Made by a program: the position numbers and the translations under genes | The notes under the pieces: generated by a model | Databases searched by the model: none | Told to the model about the DNA's origin: nothing | The model's input: the letters and a program-made list of their open reading frames with translations, nothing else | DNA from: Phycisphaerae bacterium | Lineage (GTDB): Bacteria; Planctomycetota; Phycisphaerae; Sedimentisphaerales; UBA12454 | NCBI GenBank assembly: GCA_041478555.1 | Contig: JBGOWI010000005.1 | Span: 20,365-84,364, forward strand | DNA length: 64,000 bases | Direction: 5' to 3' | Part shown: positions 37,925 through 47,748 of the stretch, piece by piece | Layout of the letters: each line of letters begins with the position of its first letter | Position numbering within the stretch: the stretch's first letter is position 1

Positions 37925-40900
37925 TTATTCCTTTTTAAATATTTTTTCCAAGCCTTTTTGTATCTGCCTTTCGAGTTCTTTGCGCGCCTGGTCTTCCACA
38001 AGTTTGCCCACGTCTAATTTGGGTTTGTCAACGGTGCCTTTCAGCGGCAGCATAATTCTTTGGCCGTTGTACGTCCAGGGCAAAGTAACGTTCATCTTCA
38101 TCGATTTATCAAGGCCGATTTGGCCGCTGAAGTTAACGGGCTTGTTGTCGATGTCCATCTGCATATTATCGTATTTCAGAATACCGTTTGAAAGCACAAA
38201 CCGGGTTGGCAAAATGGTTACAACCGGGTTCGGCGAGCCTCCTGTAAGCTGAATAATTTGCGGCAGCAGCGATGAGCCGCCCAGGTGCATATTATCAATC
38301 GAGACGGTGCCGGCAATCGCGATTGTGTTCCTGTAGCCTGTTTCGAGCGGGATGACAAATTTTTCGCAATCGAAATTCAGGACGCCTGTAACGTTGACGG
38401 CATCGGCGAAAACGGGATTCATATAGCCCAAAAAGGCATCGGAAGTCTGGCGGGTAATTTGAATTTTGTCGAACATCTTCATTTCGCCCGGCGTCTGGAG
38501 CATTGTGGGTTTGCCAGCGAAATTTGCCGTTGAAGCGAAATTTAATGTGCCGTTGTTGACTTTTGTGGAAAATGGCGCAATTGTCATAAGGCCTTTTTCA
38601 ATCTTTACGTCGAATTCGCTTTTGCCGAAATTCAGTCCCATATATTCGGCGCTGTCGAAGCCGAAAGTTGCTTTTGCGTTGAGATTCGCCTTAAACTGCT
38701 CAGGCGCATTTTTAGGCCAGGTGCTTGAAAACCAGAGCGAATCGCTTCTTTTGCCGGTTGCGGAAAAGCCCTGCGGCATAAACGGCGAAACAATTGAGCT
38801 TGCCGCCGCAAGGTCATAATCAGCCTTGAAATCGCCTTCGGTTTTTGTATTTGCTCCGAGGTCGGCATTGGAGAGCCGGCCTGAAATTTTTATCTGGGGA
38901 CTGACGATGCTGAGCTGCGGTATGTCATAAATTTTTTCGGCAGTGTCGAATTTGCCGGCAAAGGATATAGTCATACTCGGCTGAGTAAAAGTTTCCCTGC
39001 CGGGCGAGGAGATTTTGAGATTTTCCACAGATATCTGTTTTGTGGATGCCTCGATAATATCGCCGGTTTTACTGAAGGCTAAATCGCCGCGGGCAAAACC
39101 TGAAAATTTGGAGGCGGGGTTTATTTTGCCCAACTGCGTCAGCCACGGCATAAGTTTTTCAAGTTCAACCGCTGCATTTGCATTAAACTGCAGCGGTCCG
39201 GCGGTGTTTTTGCCCAAAGGCATCGTGAGGTTACTGATATTTATTGTTCCAAACGATGCGGAGGTGTCCGCTGTTTTGATATAGAGCTGCTTTTGGTCGA
39301 TGTCGGTCTGGAAATCAAAACCTGCTGTTGCCGAAGACTCAGAAAGGATTGTGCCGTCCGGCATCGTTATTGCTATGCTGTTTAAAGATGCACTGCCGGT
39401 GCTTGCAAAAATTCTGTTTACCAGCGAGCCTTTGCCGATGAGCTGAGCTGAGCCGGAAAGCTGCGGCTTTATCTCAAAGAACTGGCCGACGTCCGACTGC
39501 ATTTTGGCAAGGTCCAAATCAGCAGTGTAATTCATATTGTCGGTTGTGCCGGTAAGCTGTGCCTTTACAAAAGATGAGTCGATAAGCAGCTTTTCGACCG
39601 TTACAACCTGTTTTTGCGAGACGATTTTTGCATCAACCTCGACAGGCTTTGAGAGGATTATCCGTTTTACCGGGAATTTTCCTTCGAGCGCCCAGAGTTT
39701 GACTTTGCCGGCGACTGTTCTTGTGCCGTTCTGCGCTTCAGTGTTTATATTGCCGCTTAGTCTGCCGTAATTGATGTCAAAATCCTCTTTGAATTTCGCA
39801 ATGGTCTTTATCTGTTTAAAAGTTTTGGCAACATCGCAGTCAAACTCGGCCTGCAGGGTGTCGGCAGAATCGGCCTTTAAAAAATCCTCAATACTGCGGA
39901 GCGTTTTGGGCACCGTTCCTTTCACATCGGCACTAAGACCGTCGGCTTCGATTTTCAGGCGGTCAATGTTTATTACCTTTTCGGTTGTGTTGAGTTTTAT
40001 ATCCGTCTCGAGTTTCGAAGTTTGGAGTCTGCCGCCTTTGAGTATCGAGCCGGATATATCGAGATTGCTTGCGTTGATTGTGCCCTGAAGGTTTTCGAAC
40101 TGACCTTTCTGCATCTGAGCATCTATGTCGGCTTTAACTCTGCCTGCTGCTGATACATTGACATCCAGCACTGCAAACAGGGGAGACAGTGTTGAGAGCT
40201 CAAGGTTGTTGACTTCTATAGAAAGCTCGCCTGTAGCATCTGCCAGAGACCATTGCTTTTTGGGAGTTTTCACCTGGCCGGCTGCTGCGATGTCGGAGAC
40301 CTCATTTGCGCCGGCGACCGTCATCGAAATATCAAAACTGCTTTTGCTGCCCAGAGGTCTTAATGCGATTTTGCTGTTTATATTCTTCAGCTCCAGTGTC
40401 TGCATTATCTGATTTGCATTTGGCGCACTGATTTTACAGCTGCCGTCGTTTATCGTTAAATTGAGCCGGTCTATCGGAAAAACCGGTACAGCCGGTTTTG
40501 TACCGATTTGTTTTGCTATTGTTACTGTTTTTGCCTTTTGCCGGCGGCTGTCAATTGTTACGGAAACATAAGGTTTGTCTATTGTTGCTTCGTCAATCTC
40601 CACCTTTCCGCCAATAAGTGCAAGATAACTGGGACGGGCGGCAATCTGTTCTGCGGTCAGTTTTGTGGTGCCCGTTTTGTTCGTAAAGTTCAGCTTGTCG
40701 GCCTTTAGTCCTGCAAACCAGCCCATCGAAAGAGAGTCAATATCCACTCTGCCGTCAATGGAGCTGTTTATCCTGGCGAGGATTAAATTCTTTCCGCTAT
40801 CACTCGACAGATACGCTGGCACTGCAAAGAAAAGAATTGAGAAAAATACGCCCAGAAAAAACAGCATCCACAGAAAGACCTTCTTTAAGGAAATTTTCGA

Positions 40901-40936
40901 GCCGGCCTTTTTTTGAGAATTATTTTCGGTCTGCAT
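37925..40936 (-). CDS. AsmA-like membrane-anchored protein
   Basis: N-terminal TM, long beta-rich body, C-terminal LPLKGTVDKP; ATG at 40936 with RBS GGAGGGG. Confidence 0.7.
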   Translation of the reverse strand: MQTENNSQKKAGSKISLKKVFLWMLFFLGVFFSILFFAVPAYLSSDSGKNLILARINSSIDGRVDIDSLSMGWFAGLKADKLNFTNKTGTTKLTAEQIAARPSYLALIGGKVEIDEATIDKPYVSVTIDSRRQKAKTVTIAKQIGTKPAVPVFPIDRLNLTINDGSCKISAPNANQIMQTLELKNINSKIALRPLGSKSSFDISMTVAGANEVSDIAAAGQVKTPKKQWSLADATGELSIEVNNLELSTLSPLFAVLDVNVSAAGRVKADIDAQMQKGQFENLQGTINASNLDISGSILKGGRLQTSKLETDIKLNTTEKVINIDRLKIEADGLSADVKGTVPKTLRSIEDFLKADSADTLQAEFDCDVAKTFKQIKTIAKFKEDFDINYGRLSGNINTEAQNGTRTVAGKVKLWALEGKFPVKRIILSKPVEVDAKIVSQKQVVTVEKLLIDSSFVKAQLTGTTDNMNYTADLDLAKMQSDVGQFFEIKPQLSGSAQLIGKGSLVNRIFASTGSASLNSIAITMPDGTILSESSATAGFDFQTDIDQKQLYIKTADTSASFGTINISNLTMPLGKNTAGPLQFNANAAVELEKLMPWLTQLGKINPASKFSGFARGDLAFSKTGDIIEASTKQISVENLKISSPGRETFTQPSMTISFAGKFDTAEKIYDIPQLSIVSPQIKISGRLSNADLGANTKTEGDFKADYDLAAASSIVSPFMPQGFSATGKRSDSLWFSSTWPKNAPEQFKANLNAKATFGFDSAEYMGLNFGKSEFDVKIEKGLMTIAPFSTKVNNGTLNFASTANFAGKPTMLQTPGEMKMFDKIQITRQTSDAFLGYMNPVFADAVNVTGVLNFDCEKFVIPLETGYRNTIAIAGTVSIDNMHLGGSSLLPQIIQLTGGSPNPVVTILPTRFVLSNGILKYDNMQMDIDNKPVNFSGQIGLDKSMKMNVTLPWTYNGQRIMLPLKGTVDKPKLDVGKLVEDQARKELERQIQKGLEKIFKKE

Positions 40937-41036
40937 AGTCCCCTCCAAAGAAAAATTAAAAATCAAAAATAAAAAATCAAAATTGACTTCGACGAGCTCA
41001 GTCGAGTCGTGGAAACCCGACAAGTCGGGATGTTTT

Positions 41037-41597
41037 TTAATCTTTCATAATTTCATCTGATTTTGCCTTTACGGCGTGGTCTATTTTGTCGGTGAATTCC
41101 CTGGTCAGGTCGTCAATAACTTTTTTGCCATGTTCGCGGTCGTCTTCGGTGATGGCCTTTGCCTTTTCCTGGTCTTCAAGTTTCTTATTGGCGTCCCTGC
41201 GTATGTTACGAATGCTGACCTTTGATTGTTCGCCGAGCTGTTTTGCCTGAGCGGCAAGCTGTTTTCTCCTTTCCTGAGACAGGGGCGGAATATTGAGCCT
41301 GACTATCTTGCCGTCGCTGATCGGCGCGATGCTCAGGTCGCTGTTTTTAATCGCCTTTTCGATTTCCTTTACCGAGGCAGGGTCAAAGGGCTTTATCACT
41401 ATCATACTTGCCTCGGGTGCAGAAAGCGCCGCAAGCTGCTTGAGCGGCGTCGGCGTTCCGTAATAATCCACCTTGATATTTTCGACAAGGCCGGTCGAAG
41501 CTCTGCCTGTTCTGACGGATTTAAATTCGCTGAGCAGAAAATCAAGCGCCTTTTCCATCATGTCTTTATGTTCGCTGATTATTTTCTGTGTCGGCAT
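41037..41597 (-). CDS. frr: Ribosome recycling factor
   Basis: RTGRA, YYG.PTPL, PPLSQERRK, IRNIRRDAN. Confidence 0.97.
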   Translation of the reverse strand: MPTQKIISEHKDMMEKALDFLLSEFKSVRTGRASTGLVENIKVDYYGTPTPLKQLAALSAPEASMIVIKPFDPASVKEIEKAIKNSDLSIAPISDGKIVRLNIPPLSQERRKQLAAQAKQLGEQSKVSIRNIRRDANKKLEDQEKAKAITEDDREHGKKVIDDLTREFTDKIDHAVKAKSDEIMKD

Positions 41598-41613
41598 AGC
41601 GTCCTCCTGCGGA

Positions 41614-42330
41614 CTAACAGATAATGGTGCCTATTTTTTCACCGAGAATCGCTTTGGTTATATTGCCTTTCTGAAAGATATTCAGCACAATAATCGGGAT
41701 TTTGTTTTCGCTGCACAAACTTATTGCCGAATGGTCCATAACCTTGAGATTCCTGTTGAGCACATCCTGATAAGACAATTTGTCGAAGAGCTTTGCTCTG
41801 GGATTTTTAATGGGGTCATCGTCGTAAACGCCGTCAACCTTCGTTGCTTTGATAAGCACATTGGCGTCAAGCTCGGAAGCACGCAGCGCCGCACAGGTAT
41901 CAGTTGAGAAGAACGGATTTCCCGTGCCACCTGCGAGAATTGTAACCCTGCCCTGCTCGAGATGTCTTATTGCTCTTCTGCGGATAAAAGGCTCGCAGAT
42001 GGCTGAAACTTCTATTGCACTCAACACGCGAGTCGGCTGACCCATTTTTTCAAGGGTTTCCTGCAGAGCGCAGGCATTGATGACGGTGGCGAGCATTCCC
42101 ATATAATCAGCCGTATGTCTTGGAATCTGACTTTTCTGGCTGAATGTTTCGCCTCGCAGGAAGTTTCCTGCTCCGACAACGACAGCAATTTCAGCGCCGA
42201 GCTTTTGTATCTGCATTATTCGTTCAACCAGCGAAGTGAGCTGCTCGCCGTCGATGCCGAACCCGCCGCTTTTGCAGAAGCTTTCGCCGCTGAGTTTGAG
42301 CAGCACACGTTTATACTTTAAATCACCCAT
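41614..42330 (-). CDS. pyrH: UMP kinase
   Basis: KRVLLKLSGE, GAGNFLRG, DYMGMLAT, GNPFFSTD; start moved to ATG 42330 (RBS GAAAGGA). Confidence 0.97.
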   Translation of the reverse strand: MGDLKYKRVLLKLSGESFCKSGGFGIDGEQLTSLVERIMQIQKLGAEIAVVVGAGNFLRGETFSQKSQIPRHTADYMGMLATVINACALQETLEKMGQPTRVLSAIEVSAICEPFIRRRAIRHLEQGRVTILAGGTGNPFFSTDTCAALRASELDANVLIKATKVDGVYDDDPIKNPRAKLFDKLSYQDVLNRNLKVMDHSAISLCSENKIPIIVLNIFQKGNITKAILGEKIGTIIC

Positions 42331-42374
42331 TGCTGTTTCTGTCCTTTCATTGCTGGAAAGATATAAAATAAGCA

Positions 42375-42408
42375 CCCCCCTCTCTTGCTTCGCAAGAAGC
42401 AGAGGGGG
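42375..42408. repeat. TCTTGC..GCAAGA..GC palindrome family copy between tsf and pyrH
   Basis: cccccctctcttgcttcgcaagaagcagaggggg. Confidence 0.8.
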
Positions 42409-42419
42409 CGCTTATTATA

Positions 42420-43298
42420 TTATCCGATGGCGAAACGCACAAATCTTTTTATCTTCGCAGTTCCGCCGGCTGCCTTTGCGGCATCGGCAAGGACCTTCTG
42501 CACAGGGACTTTCTCATCTTTCACAAAGCCCTGCTCCAGCAGGCAGTTATCGGCAAAGAATTTTTTTATTTTGCCGTCAACAATTTTTTCAGCGATATTG
42601 GGAGGCTTGTTTTTTGCCTGTTCGGCGGCGATGGACCTTTCGCGCTCAATTATCTGGGCTGAAATGCCCGACTGGTCGAGCGCAAGCGGATTGACGGCAG
42701 CGATGTGCATCGCAATATCTTTGGCAATCAGTCTGAACTGCTCATTGTCGGCAACGGCCTGCGAGCTTGTTTCAAATTCGACCATTACGCCGATTTTGTC
42801 GTTAAAATGAACATAGGTGGTAATAAGGCTGGGTTTGGAATTATCCAGAACATATTTTTCATAATCACAAACAACCATTTTCTCGCCTGTCTTACTTACA
42901 GTTTCTGTAATAATCTCTGAATACTTTTTGCCATTAACTTTAGTATTAACAAGCTTTTCAGGACCACTTTGTTCTTTACAATTTTGTATGTAGTTCCTCA
43001 TGTATTCAACCGCCTCGGAAAAAGCATCGCTTTTTGCTACAAAGTCAGTCTCACAACACAGTGTAGCTAATGAAGCAAACTTAAAGCGGTCAGTCTCGCT
43101 CTCTACGCATACAACAATACCTTCCGTCACTTCTCTGTCAGCCCTTTTTGCAAGCGTCGCCAGACCCTTCTTGCGGAGTACCGTCATCGCCTCTTCGATA
43201 TTGCCGTTAGTTTCTTGCAGGGCCTTTTTGCAGTCCATCATTCCCTGACTGCTCATCTTGCGAAGCTTCATAACTATAGCCGGTGAAATTTCCACCAT
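42420..43298 (-). CDS. tsf: Elongation factor Ts
   Basis: GMMDCKKAL, CETDFVAK, IAMHIAA, RFVRF. Confidence 0.97.
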   Translation of the reverse strand: MVEISPAIVMKLRKMSSQGMMDCKKALQETNGNIEEAMTVLRKKGLATLAKRADREVTEGIVVCVESETDRFKFASLATLCCETDFVAKSDAFSEAVEYMRNYIQNCKEQSGPEKLVNTKVNGKKYSEIITETVSKTGEKMVVCDYEKYVLDNSKPSLITTYVHFNDKIGVMVEFETSSQAVADNEQFRLIAKDIAMHIAAVNPLALDQSGISAQIIERERSIAAEQAKNKPPNIAEKIVDGKIKKFFADNCLLEQGFVKDEKVPVQKVLADAAKAAGGTAKIKRFVRFAIG

Positions 43299-43359
43299 TG
43301 TTTTATCTCCTGTAATTAATCGTTAAAAGACAGTTGAAAAACCTGCATATACAAAACGA

Positions 43360-43393
43360 CCCCTCTTCTTGCTTTCGCAAGAAAGCACAGGGG
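43360..43393. repeat. TCTTGC..GCAAGA..GC palindrome family copy between rpsB and tsf
   Basis: cccctcttcttgctttcgcaagaaagcacagggg. Confidence 0.85.
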
Positions 43394-43410
43394 CCGATAT
43401 GCCTGCATTA

Positions 43411-44268
43411 TCAGTCCTGAGAAGTCTGCGGCGTTTGCTGTGACTGGGAAGGAGGCTGCGGTTCGGCAACGGCCTGGCCGGCGCCATCGGCGCTGGGCAC
43501 AGGTGTTTCCTTGTCCGCCCTGGCAAGTGAACGCCGTCGGCCGCGAGACCTTCGCGATAATTCATCATCCCTTGCAACAGTTTTGTGCATCGTTTTGCCT
43601 TCGGCAACAGCGACGGCAAGTTCGCCGATTATTATCTCTATCGCCTTTACCGAATCATCATTGCCGGGAACGGCAACATCAACCAAATCAGGGTCGGAGT
43701 CGGTATCAATTATTGCTATCGTAGGAACTTCCATTTTTTTTGCTTCGCGCAGGGCGAGCATCTCTTTGCGAGCATCAACAACAACTATCGCGCCGGGTAT
43801 CTGATTCAGTTTGCGAATACCTTCAAGATTTGACTTGATTTTGCGAAGCTCACGCTTCAAAGTCGAAGCCCTTTTTTTGCTTTCAGTCTCTATCGAGCCG
43901 TCATTCGCCATCGACTCAAGCTCTTCAAGGCGCTGAATACGAGAATGAATAGTCCTGAAATTCGTCAGCGTTCCGCCAAGCCAGCGAGTGGTAACATAGT
44001 GCATACCGGTTGATTCGGCAGCCGACTTCACAGCCTTTTGAGCCTGACGCTTGGTGCCGATAAATACAATATCTTTACCCGATGCTACCACGTCAGAAAG
44101 GAGTTTTTTAGCCAGGATTATCCCTTTAAGCGTCTCACGAACGTTAATAATATGAATCACGCCGCGACGGGCATAAATGTACGGTTTCATCTTCGGATTC
44201 CAGCGACTGGCGGCATGACCAAAATGAATACCTGCATTTATCAGGTTACGAGCCAAATCATTTGCCAC
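43411..44268 (-). CDS. rpsB: 30S ribosomal protein S2
   Basis: AGIHFGH..RWNPKM, RWLGGTLTNF, PGNDDS; GTG at 44268 fits RBS GGAGG spacing better than TTG at 44277. Confidence 0.96.
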   Translation of the reverse strand: MANDLARNLINAGIHFGHAASRWNPKMKPYIYARRGVIHIINVRETLKGIILAKKLLSDVVASGKDIVFIGTKRQAQKAVKSAAESTGMHYVTTRWLGGTLTNFRTIHSRIQRLEELESMANDGSIETESKKRASTLKRELRKIKSNLEGIRKLNQIPGAIVVVDARKEMLALREAKKMEVPTIAIIDTDSDPDLVDVAVPGNDDSVKAIEIIIGELAVAVAEGKTMHKTVARDDELSRRSRGRRRSLARADKETPVPSADGAGQAVAEPQPPSQSQQTPQTSQD

Positions 44269-44354
44269 TAAAGACAACCTCCAATATCAAAACTTCTATT
44301 CTTTTATTTTCTAATCCGGTTCATACGGCGAAACGCAAAGTTCGAGGACACAAT

Positions 44355-44383
44355 ACCTTACTGTCCGGCGCCTTTGCTGTCAA
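44355..44383 (-). promoter_or_regulatory. sigma70 promoter of the rpsB operon
   Basis: TTGACA-17 bp-TAAGGT. Confidence 0.6.
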
Positions 44384-44566
44384 GATTTTTTGTCCGGTTT
44401 AACACTATGCTGCAAAGAGCCTCTTTTTGGCGGTCTTTTGGCTGGAAAAGGAGAAAAAGTTTGTTTTTTCAGCTTTTCAGATAACATATATCAGAGACTA
44501 TAATTTTGTCTTCTGTATTCTGAATTTCTGCCGTTTTTTGGGAATTTTAACCAATAGCGCTGAACT

Positions 44567-45100
44567 ATGAAAACAGGTCTGAAATACACAATTTTTAGAA
44601 CCAAGTGGGGTTTTTTCGGACTTTTGGCTGCCGAGAGCGGACTTTTGCGGACGACTCTGCCGATGAGTAGTTCTCGAACGGCCAAAAAATACCTACTGGT
44701 CGGTACGTCAGAACCTGCAAGAGAAGACAAAAAACTTTATCCTGAACTTCTGAAAAGCATAACAGATTATTACAAAGGGGCTTATGTAGATTTCAACAAG
44801 TTGTTTCTGTCGATAGTTTACCCTCGATTCAGCAGTTTTGGCCGCAAAGTCCTTAAAGTCTGTAAAGGAATTCCGCCCGGCAAAACGATTACATATTCAC
44901 AGCTTGCAAAAAAGGCAGGTTTTCCGAGAGCAGGGCGGGCGGCAGGAAGCGTTCTTGCTAAAAATCCGCTGCCTTTGATTATTCCGTGCCACAGGGTTAT
45001 CCGAGCCGATGGCGAAATAGGCAATTTTAGCGCATCGGGCGGCGGCAGATTAAAAAAGAAAATGCTCGAACATGAAAAGGGTATAGGGTATAGGATTTAG
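44567..45100 (+). CDS. ogt: Methylated-DNA-protein-cysteine methyltransferase
   Basis: IPPGKTITY, NPLPLIIPCHRV. Confidence 0.93.
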   Translation: MKTGLKYTIFRTKWGFFGLLAAESGLLRTTLPMSSSRTAKKYLLVGTSEPAREDKKLYPELLKSITDYYKGAYVDFNKLFLSIVYPRFSSFGRKVLKVCKGIPPGKTITYSQLAKKAGFPRAGRAAGSVLAKNPLPLIIPCHRVIRADGEIGNFSASGGGRLKKKMLEHEKGIGYRI

Positions 45101-45133
45101 GGTTTAGAAAAAATTGCGGTAAGGAATTTAAGA

Positions 45134-45517
45134 ATGAATGCGATTAGGAAAATAACAACTGAAAATGCACCTGCTGCGATAGGGCCTTATTCGCAGGCCG
45201 TCGTTGCAGGTGATATGATTTATCTATCGGGTCAGATTGGACTTGAGCCCAGGAGCGGCAAACTTGTCGATGGCGGAATTATTGGCGAGACAAGAGGGGC
45301 ACTCGAAAATATTAAGGCTGTTCTGCTTGCGGCAGGAAGCAGCCTGACGAAGGTTGTATCTGTGAGCGTCTATCTTGCCGACATAAATGAATTCTTAGAA
45401 ATGAACGAAGTTTATACAGGTTACTTTAAAGAACCTTATCCTGCACGCACAACGGTTGCGGTAGACAAGCTTCCCAAAAATGCGAGGATTGAAATTTCTG
45501 TTGTTGCAGTTAAATAG
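45134..45517 (+). CDS. ridA: RidA/YjgF enamine deaminase
   Basis: APAAIGPYSQA, YLSGQIG, PART, IEI. Confidence 0.9.
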   Translation: MNAIRKITTENAPAAIGPYSQAVVAGDMIYLSGQIGLEPRSGKLVDGGIIGETRGALENIKAVLLAAGSSLTKVVSVSVYLADINEFLEMNEVYTGYFKEPYPARTTVAVDKLPKNARIEISVVAVK

Positions 45518-45759
45518 CCACGAAGGCCCAAAGTTTATTGAAGATTTAAGATTTAAAATTTGTGGAATCCGACTTCGCACATTCGTGCTACGACGGACAG
45601 GCTGCCTGCGGCGGGAATCTTTTGGCTGAGTTTGAAAAGAAAAAAGGATAGAATTTTGGCAAGCAGCGAGGAATTGTAACATGATAAATTTTTAGAACGG
45701 ATTTATTGATTTAACCCAGGATTTCCCTGAGCCAAAAAATCATCTATTAGGAGACACTA

Positions 45760-47520
45760 ATGGCCTCATCAAGTAACGCTGACCTCGACGTGAGCAAAAT
45801 ACCGCTTTATCAGCCCAGACATTTCGTGCCGCCCGATATCGATTTGACGAAGACTACCGAGGTATGTGCGCTGTATCAGAAACTTTCGGATATGCCCATA
45901 GATTCGTGGGCAGATATGGAAGCATTTCTGGCCGATTGGTCGGAGCTGGAAAGCGTGGTCAGTGAGCACGCCGTAGTGCTTTGCATTCGAATGACATGTC
46001 AGACGGATGATTTGACCCGCGGTGAGGCTTTCAGACATTTCACGCAGGAGGTACTGCCTGCAATTAAGCCGCTGGAAGACCAGCTAAAAGCCAAGCTCGT
46101 TTCGTTCTACGATACCACCGCGCCGCCCAATAACCGTTATGTCGTCCTCATCAGAAATGCTTGCGGCGATATTGAATTATTCCGCCAGGAAAACGTCTTG
46201 CTCCAGAAGCGTGAAGATGCGCTGATTCAGGATTATCAAACGGTATGCGGTGCGATGATGGTAGAGTTTCAAGGCCGGCAGTTCACTATGCCGCAAATGG
46301 GCCACAAACTGGCCGAGCCGGACAGGGCCCTTCGCGAGGCCGCCTGGCGAGCGGCAGCCCAGCGACGGCAACAGGATGCCGGCCGTCTCGATGATATTTT
46401 CGACGAGATGATAGCATTGCGACACGAGATGGCTCTCAACGCCGGCCAGCTTAATTATCGCGACTATAAATTCAAGGAATGGCATCGCTTCGACTACACC
46501 CCGGAGGACTGCAATCGCTATCACAACGCCGTCATAGAAGCAGTCGTGCCAGCGTTTGACAGGATTTTGCGGCATCGCCAACAAGCAATGCATCTCGATA
46601 CAATGCGGCCGTGGGATTTTGACCCGGTACAGCCTGCCGACCCCTACAGCAGGGCGCCATTGCGCCCCTTCACGCAGGTCGAAGACCTTGTTAGCGGCAT
46701 ACGAAACATCGTGCGCCGGCTCAATCCGGATTTTGGCCGGCTCATCGCAGAGATGGATGCGCTCGGATTGCTGGATTTGGCCAGCCGAAAGGGCAAAGCG
46801 CCGGGAGGTTATCAGGAGTCTCTGCAGGAACGCCGGCAGCAATTTATCTTTGGCAGCGTCGTCGGCAGTAATGATGATGTGTATTTGCTGCTGCACGAGG
46901 GTGGTCATGTGTTTCATGCGGCAGCCTGTCGCGATGAACCGCTGATAACATATCGACATTCACCGATTGAGTTTTGTGAAATAGCCTCGCAGGCTATGGA
47001 GCTGCTTGGTAGCCGATACTTAGACGAGTTCTACAACGCAGCAGATGTTCGGCGGGCATGGCGCGAGAGACTGGAGCATACTGTTTACGGCCTCATCTGG
47101 GTCGCCAACGTTGACGCGTTTCAGCATTGGATTTACGAACACCCTCGGGAGGACCGCCGAAGGCGTCACGAAGCGTGGGTGCAGATTAACCAGCGTTTTT
47201 TCGGGCAGTTCTATGACTGGTCGGGATTGTCGGAGTATCGTGCGACGACGTGGCACAAGCAACTGCATATTTTCCAGGTTCCGTTCTATTACATCGAATA
47301 CGGCATCGCTCAATTAGGGGCGTTGGGGATTTGGCTGCAGGCACAGGATGATATTGACGCGGCCGTTAATCGTTACCGCGCAGCCCTGGCCCTGGGCGGC
47401 TCCAAACCGCTGCCGGAGTTGTTTGCTGCGGCCGGCCTGGAGTTCGATTTTTCCGCCCGAACGGTCGGACCGCTGGTCGAAGCCGTCATGAACGAGTGGG
47501 AAAAAGTCCGCAACGCATAA
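45760..47520 (+). CDS. M3 family oligoendopeptidase
   Basis: RKGKAPGGY, HEGGH, EIASQAME, QLHIF..PFYYIEY. Confidence 0.92.
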   Translation: MASSSNADLDVSKIPLYQPRHFVPPDIDLTKTTEVCALYQKLSDMPIDSWADMEAFLADWSELESVVSEHAVVLCIRMTCQTDDLTRGEAFRHFTQEVLPAIKPLEDQLKAKLVSFYDTTAPPNNRYVVLIRNACGDIELFRQENVLLQKREDALIQDYQTVCGAMMVEFQGRQFTMPQMGHKLAEPDRALREAAWRAAAQRRQQDAGRLDDIFDEMIALRHEMALNAGQLNYRDYKFKEWHRFDYTPEDCNRYHNAVIEAVVPAFDRILRHRQQAMHLDTMRPWDFDPVQPADPYSRAPLRPFTQVEDLVSGIRNIVRRLNPDFGRLIAEMDALGLLDLASRKGKAPGGYQESLQERRQQFIFGSVVGSNDDVYLLLHEGGHVFHAAACRDEPLITYRHSPIEFCEIASQAMELLGSRYLDEFYNAADVRRAWRERLEHTVYGLIWVANVDAFQHWIYEHPREDRRRRHEAWVQINQRFFGQFYDWSGLSEYRATTWHKQLHIFQVPFYYIEYGIAQLGALGIWLQAQDDIDAAVNRYRAALALGGSKPLPELFAAAGLEFDFSARTVGPLVEAVMNEWEKVRNA

Positions 47521-47748
47521 GACACTTGTACGTAGAAGCGAGAGAAATCCGGACAAGGAATCCGAAATCAAATCCGGGGACACCATACCTATTTTTATTT
47601 GCGCCAGGCATACGGCCGCCTATGATGCCCGGCGTGGCAGCGGTTTTTGCTTGCCTAAAGTACAAATCATAAATAAAATCCAACTGCTGCTGTCAAAACA
47701 GGATACGTTGTTGTACTAAACTAAACAAATAATATAAGGCGGCTTAAT

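Noticed and set aside
40937-41023. 29-aa N-terminal extension of the AsmA-like ORF (DSTELVEV...)
   Set aside because: It derives from intergenic repeats; ATG 40936 has a strong RBS, so it was not counted as an in-frame insertion
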